A program made the translations under genes and the position numbers. A stretch of DNA of 64,000 bases, from positions 1 through 64,000 of the forward strand of contig JAKQQL010000437.1 in assembly GCA_029564175.1 (NCBI GenBank), read 5' to 3'. This document shows positions 1-9,125 of this stretch, piece by piece; within the stretch, counting starts at the first letter, position 1, and each line of letters opens with the position of its first letter. The DNA is from Candidatus Cloacimonadota bacterium (GTDB lineage: Bacteria; Cloacimonadota; Cloacimonadia; Cloacimonadales; WRIO01). The notes under the pieces were generated by a model. It did no database searches, was not told where the DNA came from, and worked only from the letters and a program-made list of their open reading frames with translations.

Positions 1-70
1 CCGAGATAGTTAGTTAAAAAATTTTTAATCGCTTTACGGCTTAAATCTTCATCATCTACTAATAAAATTT

Positions 71-1762
71 TCATAATTTCCTCAAATATTTACCTTTCAA
101 TAACCATGTGTTATGATTTGGTTTAGCAGGTAATATCATTCTAATACTTGCACCACCCATTTCATTATTTATAAAACTAATTGAACCATTAAAACGGTCA
201 AGAAAATTTTTACATATCATCAATCCTAAACCCATACCATCAAAATCTGATTTACTTGAGCTAAAAAAATCTGTCTCACGTGGATAGGCATCATAATAGA
301 ATCCGATTGCATTATCATCAACATTAATATGTACCTTTTGCTCAGCTAATTCTGTACTAATTATCACTTTTTTCTCAGGTTTATTAGATTTTCTTAATGC
401 TTGAATTGCGTTATTGAGTAGATTGATCAAAATCTGTTCAATAAGAATAGGATTACCCGCTATATAAAGAGGTTGTTCAGATAAGTTCATCTCAATATGT
501 ATATTTTGCTCCAGATGATTAATAACCAGTTTTTCTGCTTTAATAACGGCATCATTAACTTCTACCCATTCTTCTGATGGATTTTCATTATTCAAAGTCC
601 AGAAGTTCTTCATTTGTTTAATAATGGTTTCTGTTCTAACAACGGATTCTCTAATCATTTTTACTTCTTCAAGGAATAATCCCGGTAAAATGCCTGGATG
701 TCTTTTATGCCAAAAAAGAATCGTGTCGATATTCAAATGAATTGAATGAAGATGAGGTGTAATTTCATAAATCATATTATCAGCCATTAAAGAAACTGTC
801 GTAAGTCTTACTGCTTTTTCTATAATTTGCTGGTTCTTAATTTCATTCTGTTTACGGTAGTAGTATTTTTTTAAAATTGCCAGTCTTTGATTAAACAGAA
901 TATTATTCAGCTCATTACTCAACTGGTTATAAAAAATTCTATCTTCATATGCCTCTTTATAATGTTTTAACTCAGCTTGTGCCTGAGACCTCAATTTAAG
1001 AGAATTTATGAGAATATTTTTTCGATAATACGATTTAGACAATTCTACAGACTGATTTAAGGATTTAATACTTTCCTCAGGCATTTTATTATTAATTTGA
1101 GTTAAACCCTTTAATAAGAAATACAAAGGACTGACTAATGACAAGTCTGGATTATAAAATTCTTTCTCTATCTCGCTTAATATGTTTTCTGCTTTTTTGT
1201 AATCTGCTTTTTGAATGTAAAGATATATCTTAATCAAAGCAATTACTATACCTGGATAGTTAAATTCTTTTTCTTCATATAATAATTCTATTCGTCTAAG
1301 ACTACATTCTGCATTATCGAATTCCTTTATCTCAAGATAAGATAGACATAATTCTGATAATGCGATGATGTTGTTTGGATTTAACTGAATTGATTGTTTT
1401 AAAATCTCTATCGCAATAGGTACATCTTCAACTATCTTATGAATTCTTGCGATATCCATCAAAGCTCTTGATGTTTGAATATTATCTTTCATTTCATAAC
1501 TTAAATCAAGAATTCTGATGGCATAATCATAAGATACATCAAAATTTCTAAGCATAAAATGACAATACATCATCACTCTGAAAAGGATATATTGATAACT
1601 ATCCTGCACTAATGGAGACAGTTCTTTTAGTATTTCCTGGGTTGCATCAATGCAATCCTTCCATTTATATTGATTCCATGCTTTTGATATGGAAGGATAT
1701 CTTTTTAAAATTCCTCTTTCATAGGGTGCAAGATATAGGATATTGAAAATATTAGACTTCAT
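71..1762 (-). CDS. TPR-repeat histidine-kinase-like protein: HATPase_c motifs present, H-box His replaced by Tyr
   Basis: TPR-like helices; N-box EQILINLLNNAIQA, G1-like DDNAIG, G2 GMGLGL; H-box position reads MIYEITPHL. Start taken as ATG 1762 (MKSNIF), overlapping the upstream stop; ORF track extends to 1792. Confidence 0.8.
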   Translation of the reverse strand: MKSNIFNILYLAPYERGILKRYPSISKAWNQYKWKDCIDATQEILKELSPLVQDSYQYILFRVMMYCHFMLRNFDVSYDYAIRILDLSYEMKDNIQTSRALMDIARIHKIVEDVPIAIEILKQSIQLNPNNIIALSELCLSYLEIKEFDNAECSLRRIELLYEEKEFNYPGIVIALIKIYLYIQKADYKKAENILSEIEKEFYNPDLSLVSPLYFLLKGLTQINNKMPEESIKSLNQSVELSKSYYRKNILINSLKLRSQAQAELKHYKEAYEDRIFYNQLSNELNNILFNQRLAILKKYYYRKQNEIKNQQIIEKAVRLTTVSLMADNMIYEITPHLHSIHLNIDTILFWHKRHPGILPGLFLEEVKMIRESVVRTETIIKQMKNFWTLNNENPSEEWVEVNDAVIKAEKLVINHLEQNIHIEMNLSEQPLYIAGNPILIEQILINLLNNAIQALRKSNKPEKKVIISTELAEQKVHINVDDNAIGFYYDAYPRETDFFSSSKSDFDGMGLGLMICKNFLDRFNGSISFINNEMGGASIRMILPAKPNHNTWLLKGKYLRKL

Positions 1763-3413
1763 TGCTATTTCCTTTTTCACCTGGGATAGCAATTTTTAAA
1801 TGAGGATAGGGCTCATCACTATACGATATGTAACCATTAAACTGGTTAAGAAAATACTTTGTTATTTTCAGATCAAGCAATAAACTCTTATACTGATCAT
1901 TATCAGTTGCCTGGCTTAAGATTTTTTCCAGCGAAAATTTTAAATTTTTATCAAAACATATCTTAATCACATTAAAGCCTACTTCATGTTTTAATACGAG
2001 ATTAAGTTTCTGTTCTGTACTGACATGATGCTCATTAATAATAACAAAACTGATATTGATTACATAAAGCAGGATTTGTTCAAAACAGTTTGGATTAATC
2101 TCAGAATATACAGGGCTTTCAGTCGTAACAACCTCAATAAAGATATCTTTTGATTTTAATCTGTTTTTAATCAATGCCGTTTTTTCAGTTAAAAACTGAT
2201 TTAGTTCGACTCTTTCACGAACTCTTTGTTCTTCATTAGTTTTCCAAAAAGTTCTTATTTGTTCTATTATTTTATTAACATAATTAACACTAACAGAAAT
2301 ATCTTTCAGCTGATCAATGACAATTTCAGGAATTGCACCTAAATTTCGTTTGTACCAGTATAGAATGCTTTCACATGATATTTTTATTGCAGACAGGGGT
2401 TGTTTTATCTCATGAACAATTCCACTCGATACTATCCCAACTGAAGTTAATCTTGGACTTTGATTAATCAATTGAATCATGTCCTGATTAGCATTGTTCA
2501 TTTCATACTTTGATTGAATTTCACTTAAATGATCTGTCTTTTCTTTTGTTTTTGCCATATTTTCTAATTCATTTGCTTTTAACAGATAATTCCATGCTTT
2601 TTCATAATCATTATCATCTTTATAAATCTCAGCTAATTTATGATAAGCTTTTGCCAATAATGCATTTCGTGAAAACCTATTTGCTAAATGAACTGCCTCG
2701 TTCAAGAGATTGAGTGCTTCAGAATTTTGCTTTAATTCATGTAAAATCCTAGCTTTTTCTATCAAAATGGACATAGACAAATAAGTATCAGCAATTGTAT
2801 CAATATGTCTCCAGGCTTTATTTAAAAATTCTATAGCATTACTTAAATTCTGATTACAATGCTCAATGAGGGCTTTATAATACAATCCCATTCCGGTTAT
2901 TGCCCGATTGTTTTGTTCTTGAGATTTCTGCAATCCCTCGTCCAGATAATACATGGATTTTTCCAGTTCTCCCTGTTCATAGTAAAGCAAGCCCAGATTA
3001 CATAATACATTTGGAAAATTTGGATTTAACTGTACGGATTTTAAAAAAAATTTCTCAGCAATTTCTAAATTTTCCATACGATAATAAATCAATCCAATTA
3101 AATGCAAGCTTACAGCTGATAAAATATAATCCATCTTGCGTTCAGCTATCTCTAATGCTTTAAAACTGTACTCCAGAGAAATATCATACTGGTCTTTATA
3201 GAATAAAATAGCACTCAAGCCATCATAGGTATAGGCAAGATAAATTTCATCTGAAAAATGAACCTGCCATTCTATCATCTGATACAAAAAGGGTTCCATA
3301 TCCATAAAATCAGAATCATATCGTTTAGCTCTCAGTTCTTCTAAAATGAGTCTCGCTTTTGTATCAATGGATTCTGTTTGTTCAACTTTTTCGAATAATT
3401 CATCGATTTTCAT
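1752..3413 (-). CDS. TPR-repeat protein with intact HisKA H-box but degenerate ATPase domain
   Basis: Multiple TPRs (e.g. NVLCNLGLLYYEQGELEKS); H-box GIVHEIKQPLSAI; no recognisable N/G1/G2 boxes in the C-terminus. Confidence 0.8.
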   Translation of the reverse strand: MKIDELFEKVEQTESIDTKARLILEELRAKRYDSDFMDMEPFLYQMIEWQVHFSDEIYLAYTYDGLSAILFYKDQYDISLEYSFKALEIAERKMDYILSAVSLHLIGLIYYRMENLEIAEKFFLKSVQLNPNFPNVLCNLGLLYYEQGELEKSMYYLDEGLQKSQEQNNRAITGMGLYYKALIEHCNQNLSNAIEFLNKAWRHIDTIADTYLSMSILIEKARILHELKQNSEALNLLNEAVHLANRFSRNALLAKAYHKLAEIYKDDNDYEKAWNYLLKANELENMAKTKEKTDHLSEIQSKYEMNNANQDMIQLINQSPRLTSVGIVSSGIVHEIKQPLSAIKISCESILYWYKRNLGAIPEIVIDQLKDISVSVNYVNKIIEQIRTFWKTNEEQRVRERVELNQFLTEKTALIKNRLKSKDIFIEVVTTESPVYSEINPNCFEQILLYVINISFVIINEHHVSTEQKLNLVLKHEVGFNVIKICFDKNLKFSLEKILSQATDNDQYKSLLLDLKITKYFLNQFNGYISYSDEPYPHLKIAIPGEKGNSNEV

Positions 3414-3416
3414 GAA

Positions 3417-4382
3417 TTAAAACTTCCAGTATAACTTTTTCTCTTTTAGTATTTTAAAATTATTATTCTGAATCCAATCGATTAACATACTGATATTTAC
3501 ATTTGAATTAATTCTAATAAGATGTATTTTTGTACTATCTCCTTCAATCTTGATTTTTTCATCCAATATATAAACAGATTCTTTATCATACTGATTAATC
3601 AATAAGCTATTAATCCTGCAAGAAACAGGATCAAGTTTAATCACTTCTTTATTATAACGGGTTCTTAAAGAATCTGCTAAATCAGATTGATTTGATTCAA
3701 AAAGAATAAACTGAGTATCTTTTCTTGATAAATCAAGGATATAATAATCTTCTTTTTGTTGATGATGTTTCATCAGATGAGATAGATTTTGAACTCCCTC
3801 ATAAAAGAACCACAGAGCAATTATAATTGAAGCAATACGTGCAATCTTCTTAAATGTTGGCATAGCACTTAAAAAGCTACTGAATGCCAAAGGTACTAAA
3901 AATAAGGTTGTCCCTGCAAAAAAACCAGAAAAAAGTAAAACGCCACTCAGTATTCCTGCCAATTCAAGAGATTTTGATAAAGCGATTAAAAAAGAGGGAC
4001 AGAAGTTAATTCCAGTAATTAAACCTAATACAAATGCACTTTGTGATACTTTTGACCACTTGGGAACGAGACATTTCTTATCATGTTTTTGAGTTCGGAA
4101 TACATTAACAAGTAAAAATATACTTAAAAAAAGATAAGATACTCCTGTGAAAACTTCTCTGTTTAAAGTGCTAATTCTGCCCCCGAAATATCCTGCTAAA
4201 GCTCCAAACATCAGATAAGATATAAATCTGCCTGCTGATATTTCCATTATTTTCATAAAGGATTTTCTTAAGGAGCGTTCTTCAGAACTAAGCCAGGGTA
4301 GATAAATTGGTGAACAGGTTGCTAGACATACAGATCCTGTTGATAATCCTAATAACAATCCCTCTATTAATGTTTTAATCAT
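3417..4382 (-). CDS. Membrane protein, CcdA/DsbD_2 (TauE/SafE-like) family, with soluble C-terminal extension
   Basis: About 6 hydrophobic segments; GLSTGSVCLATCSP in TM1, GRFISY motif, GINFCP in a later TM. Confidence 0.7.
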   Translation of the reverse strand: MIKTLIEGLLLGLSTGSVCLATCSPIYLPWLSSEERSLRKSFMKIMEISAGRFISYLMFGALAGYFGGRISTLNREVFTGVSYLFLSIFLLVNVFRTQKHDKKCLVPKWSKVSQSAFVLGLITGINFCPSFLIALSKSLELAGILSGVLLFSGFFAGTTLFLVPLAFSSFLSAMPTFKKIARIASIIIALWFFYEGVQNLSHLMKHHQQKEDYYILDLSRKDTQFILFESNQSDLADSLRTRYNKEVIKLDPVSCRINSLLINQYDKESVYILDEKIKIEGDSTKIHLIRINSNVNISMLIDWIQNNNFKILKEKKLYWKF

Positions 4383-4402
4383 AATCTGCTTTCTTTTCTA
4401 AT

Positions 4403-5572
4403 CTAAAATGACCATAGCATACCGATATTCATCGTGTTATACTTTGAGTCAAAATCATTATCATTTACCATTTGGTAGGAATAATAAATATGGCTATATG
4501 GCATAAAATACCACATTAGCTGAATAGTATGGGTATTAATGACAACTTGTTTATACTGGTATCCATAAGAAAAATATACTTGATGCCAAATATGATTTTT
4601 GATTTCAGCAAAAATAGCGCTGGCATAATTTTCTTCACTATATTTTGCACCTGTAAGTACATAAGACTCAGCATTTAAGTCATAATCAAAATTATATTTA
4701 AGCTGTGCTCTAAGATAGTTTGAAGCTAAAAGGAATTCATGAGTATCATTTTGATAAACCATATGATTATATGCACTTAAAAAGGCATTTAGATTTGTCC
4801 CCATTCGATATTTAAATCTGGCATGAGTAACAATCTGATTTTTATGCTGTATTAGATCAGATTGATTCCAAATCCATTCTGTCTGCACATCTAACCATTT
4901 AAAATAGTCAAATGTATGCTCATAGTTTAAGTTGAACGATAAACTATTATGATCGTAAACATCATTATTTTCATTTTTGGTAAAAACAGATGCACCAACA
5001 GATATACCCTTTACAAATTGATACTTTAGCTCACCATTATACATAAGGGCTGTTTTTTGGTCGTCATAATAATTCCATAATCCTGATATACGTTTTCTTC
5101 GTCGAAAATCATCCTGTTTGTAACGTACAGTGTTATTTAAAGTAAGCCCATGCTCATTATAATCAAGACTATAAGAGAGAATATTTCTGTTATTTTTTTT
5201 ATAAAATCCATTGTCTAAATCGAAATATAATGAAAGATAATCTGAATTTCCATGGTTACGATTTAAAACTGACAGATTACTAGATAGTTTTTCGTTTGAG
5301 TAAGACAAATTTGCATAAAGATAATCATAAGATTTTTCCAGATAATCTCCAGGTTCGTTGTCGCTCTTACGAAAATGATTTTCAACATTCAGTCTGAGTG
5401 TTTTTGTCAAGTTGATATCAGCACTGATATAATTTAAGTAATAAGTATCAGTCTTCTCATTCTCATATTTTTGAGTCATCAAATCAAATCCAAAATCATA
5501 TTGATTTTGAGCAGTCAATAACCCAAACAATAGAGAGAGAATGCAAATCAATAAATAGCGTTTTGAGGACAT
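4403..5572 (-). CDS. Putative outer-membrane beta-barrel protein
   Basis: Signal peptide (MSSKRYLLICILSLLFGLLTA), Tyr/Asn-rich alternating strands, terminal Phe (MNIGMLWSF). Start chosen at ATG 5572; ORF track extends to 5602. Confidence 0.65.
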   Translation of the reverse strand: MSSKRYLLICILSLLFGLLTAQNQYDFGFDLMTQKYENEKTDTYYLNYISADINLTKTLRLNVENHFRKSDNEPGDYLEKSYDYLYANLSYSNEKLSSNLSVLNRNHGNSDYLSLYFDLDNGFYKKNNRNILSYSLDYNEHGLTLNNTVRYKQDDFRRRKRISGLWNYYDDQKTALMYNGELKYQFVKGISVGASVFTKNENNDVYDHNSLSFNLNYEHTFDYFKWLDVQTEWIWNQSDLIQHKNQIVTHARFKYRMGTNLNAFLSAYNHMVYQNDTHEFLLASNYLRAQLKYNFDYDLNAESYVLTGAKYSEENYASAIFAEIKNHIWHQVYFSYGYQYKQVVINTHTIQLMWYFMPYSHIYYSYQMVNDNDFDSKYNTMNIGMLWSF

Positions 5573-5793
5573 ATTCTTACACATTCTCCGCATTGGGTGC
5601 ATTTCGTTAAATCAATGGTCGCTTTTCCATTTTCATCAAATTCGATGGCATCAGATTTACATTTTGTAACGCAAATACCGCAACTGTTACAAGATTTTTT
5701 ATCTATATTGTATTCTGTCTGAGTAACCTTTTTACAAGCAGCGATTAGCATAAAAACGAATATGACAAGCAGTATTATAAAAAGCTTTTTCAT
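5548..5793 (-). CDS. Lipoprotein 2x[4Fe-4S] ferredoxin
   Basis: Signal peptide with lipobox-like LIAA-C; CNSCGICVTKC and CTQCGECVRICP. Confidence 0.85.
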   Translation of the reverse strand: MKKLFIILLVIFVFMLIAACKKVTQTEYNIDKKSCNSCGICVTKCKSDAIEFDENGKATIDLTKCTQCGECVRICPQNAIY

Positions 5794-6038
5794 TTTGCCA
5801 CCTTAATCGCCTGATAAGTACAGGCTTTAACACATAAGTTGCAGTTGATACATTTTTCTGTATCAATGACCGCTTTATTCTGAACTATACTGACCGCATT
5901 GACCGGACAGGTTTTTACGCAATCCTGACATGAGACACATTTACTTTTTTGTACATATACTCTGCCTAAAGCACCAGCAAAAGCGAATGTAATACAAAGC
6001 AGTACAAGTAATAATGATACTGTTATCTTTTTTTTCAT
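5790..6038 (-). CDS. Exported 2x[4Fe-4S] ferredoxin with cleavable signal peptide
   Basis: MKKK + hydrophobic core + AFA; CVSCQDCVKTCP and CINCNLCVKAC; ATGA overlaps with both neighbours. Confidence 0.85.
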   Translation of the reverse strand: MKKKITVSLLLVLLCITFAFAGALGRVYVQKSKCVSCQDCVKTCPVNAVSIVQNKAVIDTEKCINCNLCVKACTYQAIKVAK

Positions 6039-6571
6039 TTTACAATAAGTAGTTTTTTTGATACTTTTTCTTTTCCGGCATTCATCTGTACAAAATAAGT
6101 GCCACTTGGGGCATTATTCTTATTCCATGAAATTTGACCTTTTGAATTATCGACTTTCCATTGATCAACTAATTCACCTTTGACATTAAAAATTCTAATG
6201 ACTGCTATCTGAGTACCTTTTGGTAAAGTATAATCAATCTGTGTATTTGTTTGTACCGGGTTTGGATAGACATTCAATTTCATTTCAGACTGAGGTAAAA
6301 CAACATCATCTCCTGCAACAACAGTCTCATATATCGCATTTCTGTTGCATTCTTCTACACAATCTCCACAACCTTCACATAAATTTGCATCAATTGTACA
6401 TTTATGGGTTGAGGAACTATAAGTGATAGCGCCTACGTCACAAGCTGAAAGACAATTACGACATCCATTACATCTGGATGGATTTATTTGGTAAACAATG
6501 TTATTAACGGCGAGTAAAACACCCACAATAACAAGCAGTAATACGATACTGATCACTTTTTCTTTTTTCAT
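6035..6571 (-). CDS. Secreted 2x[4Fe-4S] ferredoxin with T9SS/Por type-A C-terminal sorting domain
   Basis: Signal peptide; CNGCRNCLSAC and CEGCGDCVEEC; CTD hallmarks VYPNP, IFNVKGELV, SGTYFV, KKLLIVK. Confidence 0.85.
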   Translation of the reverse strand: MKKEKVISIVLLLVIVGVLLAVNNIVYQINPSRCNGCRNCLSACDVGAITYSSSTHKCTIDANLCEGCGDCVEECNRNAIYETVVAGDDVVLPQSEMKLNVYPNPVQTNTQIDYTLPKGTQIAVIRIFNVKGELVDQWKVDNSKGQISWNKNNAPSGTYFVQMNAGKEKVSKKLLIVK

Positions 6572-6689
6572 TTCCTTAACCTCACATTATTCTTATTTTT
6601 TGTTTGATATTTAACTTCTTGTCAAATATTTCGAGATTTCATAATTCGTCAAGAAAAACATGATAAATCTGCAAAATTATATCAAGTAT

Positions 6690-6740
6690 TTCCTTATCCT
6701 TTCCTTATCCCTTCCTTATACCTTCCTTATCCCTTCATTA
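6690..6740. repeat. 11-bp tandem repeat, consensus TTCCTTATCCC, about 4.6 copies
   Basis: ttccttatcct/ttccttatccc/ttccttatacc/ttccttatccc/ttcatta read directly. Confidence 0.9.
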
Positions 6741-6796
6741 AGATTTAAATGATTAGTATTTTTTAAAATCGATACTAAATAAAATATATTCCTAGT

Positions 6797-6829
6797 AAAA
6801 AAAAGGGATAATCAAATAAGACTATCCCT
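6797..6829 (-). terminator. Intrinsic terminator of the pgs operon
   Basis: Minus strand AGGGATAGTC-loop-GATTATCCCT followed by a T-run, just past the stop at 6848. Confidence 0.75.
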
Positions 6830-6847
6830 GAAATTTTTACTTAAAAA

Positions 6848-7141
6848 TCATTTGTCATCGTCATCATCATCATCGTCAAAATCATCATCATCAAATTCAT
6901 CATAATCTTTTACCCAGTCAGGACAAAAAAGGATATCTTCTTCATAATCCCAACCATCTACATTTTCAAGACCAAATCTTTGTAAAAGATCAGTTTCCCA
7001 TAATGAGTATTTTACCCGTTCTTCTTCATCTACTGTATATACTAATACTGGGCGGGTATATTTTCGTAAATCGTATTTTTCATTTTCTACCAGATCAAGA
7101 AATTCACGAATCTTACTTTTTTCGTACTGAGCTCTCATCAT
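6848..7141 (-). CDS. Small hypothetical protein with poly-Asp tail
   Basis: 97 aa ORF with GGAG RBS; ends DDDDFDDDDDDDDK. Confidence 0.7.
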   Translation of the reverse strand: MMRAQYEKSKIREFLDLVENEKYDLRKYTRPVLVYTVDEEERVKYSLWETDLLQRFGLENVDGWDYEEDILFCPDWVKDYDEFDDDDFDDDDDDDDK

Positions 7142-7173
7142 ATCTATCTCCCTCTGAATAACAGGCAGACATA

Positions 7174-8214
7174 TTAATCATTATTAAAATCAAATAACCA
7201 ACTAATACCAGCACTGACCTGTAACTTATCATAGTTTTTGGAATACTCTAAGTTTTCGTATTCAGAGTTCACTTTACGGATTTCTTTTATCACGTCAAGT
7301 TTAAAATTAAGATTTTTTAAAACATGGATATCAGTCCCTGCATTTACTTTGATTTTATTGTCTTTACGTGAAGCATGAATAGGGTCAGACAGTATCGAAA
7401 ATTCGCTCAGATAGACTACATTTTCGATGCGAATCCCGACATAAGGTGTATAATCTACAAAATCAGTCTTAGTGTATAAACGTGGAAGCTGATATTTTAA
7501 ATCGAAAATATCTGATTCATAAGAGCAGTCTTTTTGAGTGTCAATTATAACCTGTGCCATTTGATTATCTGACTTATTGTCATACTGACGAAAATAATAA
7601 TATAAACTCAATGTTCCTGGCAAATGTCTGCTATAAAGACCTATACCGCTTGTAAGCGCTGTCCCGTCATATTCTGTAAAATATTCATTATGATAATAAT
7701 TTTCATATTTTCCATAGACTTCAATATCTAGTTTTTTGATAACAGGGTATTTTAAAGTCATTTTATAAAGATTTTTCTCATATTCAAACTTTTCATACGC
7801 CATTGTACCGTCAGAATCTTTATACTTTTGAGTATAGTTTTGAGGATACCAGCCGTAACGAAAATCAATAAATCCTCTATAAAGACGTGCATTAAAACCT
7901 GTTAAAAGGTTAAAATTACTTTTGTCACTGTTACTTGAATATATCATTTGTGTGAGGCTTAATGCAGGGCTAAAACGGTAATTTTGTGATCTTAGGGTAT
8001 GGGAAGCTCTAATGTTTAGCGTCTGAATCATATCATCGCTAGTTTCGATATATGAATAAGCCTGGTTGGCATCAAACACATCAAGATTATCATCTGATAA
8101 ATTGAAAGCATTATCTGAATAAGATAACTTGTAATTCAAAGAAACACTGCTCTCAGCATTTATGAAAGAACAAACAAGCAACAAGACGATGATTATCAAT
8201 AGTCCTTTTTTCAT
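7174..8214 (-). CDS. Putative outer-membrane beta-barrel protein in pgs operon
   Basis: Signal peptide (MKKGLLIIIVLLLVCSFINA), aromatic-rich strands, C-terminal strand VSAGISWLFDF. Confidence 0.65.
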   Translation of the reverse strand: MKKGLLIIIVLLLVCSFINAESSVSLNYKLSYSDNAFNLSDDNLDVFDANQAYSYIETSDDMIQTLNIRASHTLRSQNYRFSPALSLTQMIYSSNSDKSNFNLLTGFNARLYRGFIDFRYGWYPQNYTQKYKDSDGTMAYEKFEYEKNLYKMTLKYPVIKKLDIEVYGKYENYYHNEYFTEYDGTALTSGIGLYSRHLPGTLSLYYYFRQYDNKSDNQMAQVIIDTQKDCSYESDIFDLKYQLPRLYTKTDFVDYTPYVGIRIENVVYLSEFSILSDPIHASRKDNKIKVNAGTDIHVLKNLNFKLDVIKEIRKVNSEYENLEYSKNYDKLQVSAGISWLFDFNND

Positions 8215-8269
8215 TTTAAACTCCTTATTTGATTGAAACAGTTTGCAAAACGGTCAAAAGACAGTTTGC

Positions 8270-9112
8270 TCATTTTCCTGTTTTTAAAATTGATCGTACC
8301 AAAATTTCATGAGCAGATAAAACCCGAATCTCAATCTGATCATTCTTCTTCAAGTTAGGAATATTTACTTTATTACCAACAGATACTTTTTGATCGTTGA
8401 CTCTATACTCGCCTGATAACTTGTGAGGATACTCCTGCACGTTCATCAGTTTTTGATTGACATATATTTCGACTTTACATCTGGATTTATTCGCAAGAGG
8501 TAGAAACCTTAAGAAAACAGAAGCTGTACCATTATATTTTGCACTCATTTTTAACGATTTTGATGCATCTGCAACATAGTATTCACTTCTTGTTTTTGAA
8601 GATATCAGGGTTACAATACGTTTATACTGTTCTGCTTTCATTACTAGACTGGCTGGGATGGATTTGATATTTTTAATCTCTTTTCCAAAAGCTCTGAAAT
8701 AAAGATTTGGGTTTCGTGTATAAACACTAAAATTTTTACAATCTTTAGGAACTTGAAGAGTAAGTGGCTCGTAAAAATAAAAATGTTCATTATTTTTCAT
8801 CTTCTTTAAACTGTATTCCTGATTATTACCATTAATATTTATAGAAAATTTAACGATATCATTTTTTTCTTTGGAGATTACTTTTAATTGGATTTCCTGA
8901 TAAGCACTGACATCCATCATCATTTTTTCAAAGCGGTTTGGTCTGTAAAAGAATATTTTACTTTTAGTATCGAACTGGACAGCACGACGAGACCAGAATT
9001 TAACGACCGGTATTGATTTCCATTTAACAATACTTTTTGCCTGAATGATTGCGGTTGAACACATCAAAAGCAATAAAAGTAAGACTATATTTTTATAATT
9101 TTTAAAAATCAT
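8270..9112 (-). CDS. Exported basic hypothetical protein in pgs operon
   Basis: Signal peptide from ATG 9112 (MIFKNYKNIVLLLLLLMCSTAIIQA); Lys-rich, beta-rich. ORF track extends to 9139. Confidence 0.65.
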   Translation of the reverse strand: MIFKNYKNIVLLLLLLMCSTAIIQAKSIVKWKSIPVVKFWSRRAVQFDTKSKIFFYRPNRFEKMMMDVSAYQEIQLKVISKEKNDIVKFSININGNNQEYSLKKMKNNEHFYFYEPLTLQVPKDCKNFSVYTRNPNLYFRAFGKEIKNIKSIPASLVMKAEQYKRIVTLISSKTRSEYYVADASKSLKMSAKYNGTASVFLRFLPLANKSRCKVEIYVNQKLMNVQEYPHKLSGEYRVNDQKVSVGNKVNIPNLKKNDQIEIRVLSAHEILVRSILKTGK

Positions 9113-9125
9113 TTTGTACCTCAAT

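Noticed and set aside
5548..6038. hgcAB mercury-methylation ferredoxin
   Set aside because: No corrinoid HgcA cap-helix motif nearby and no C-terminal Cys pair; these ferredoxins have export signals.
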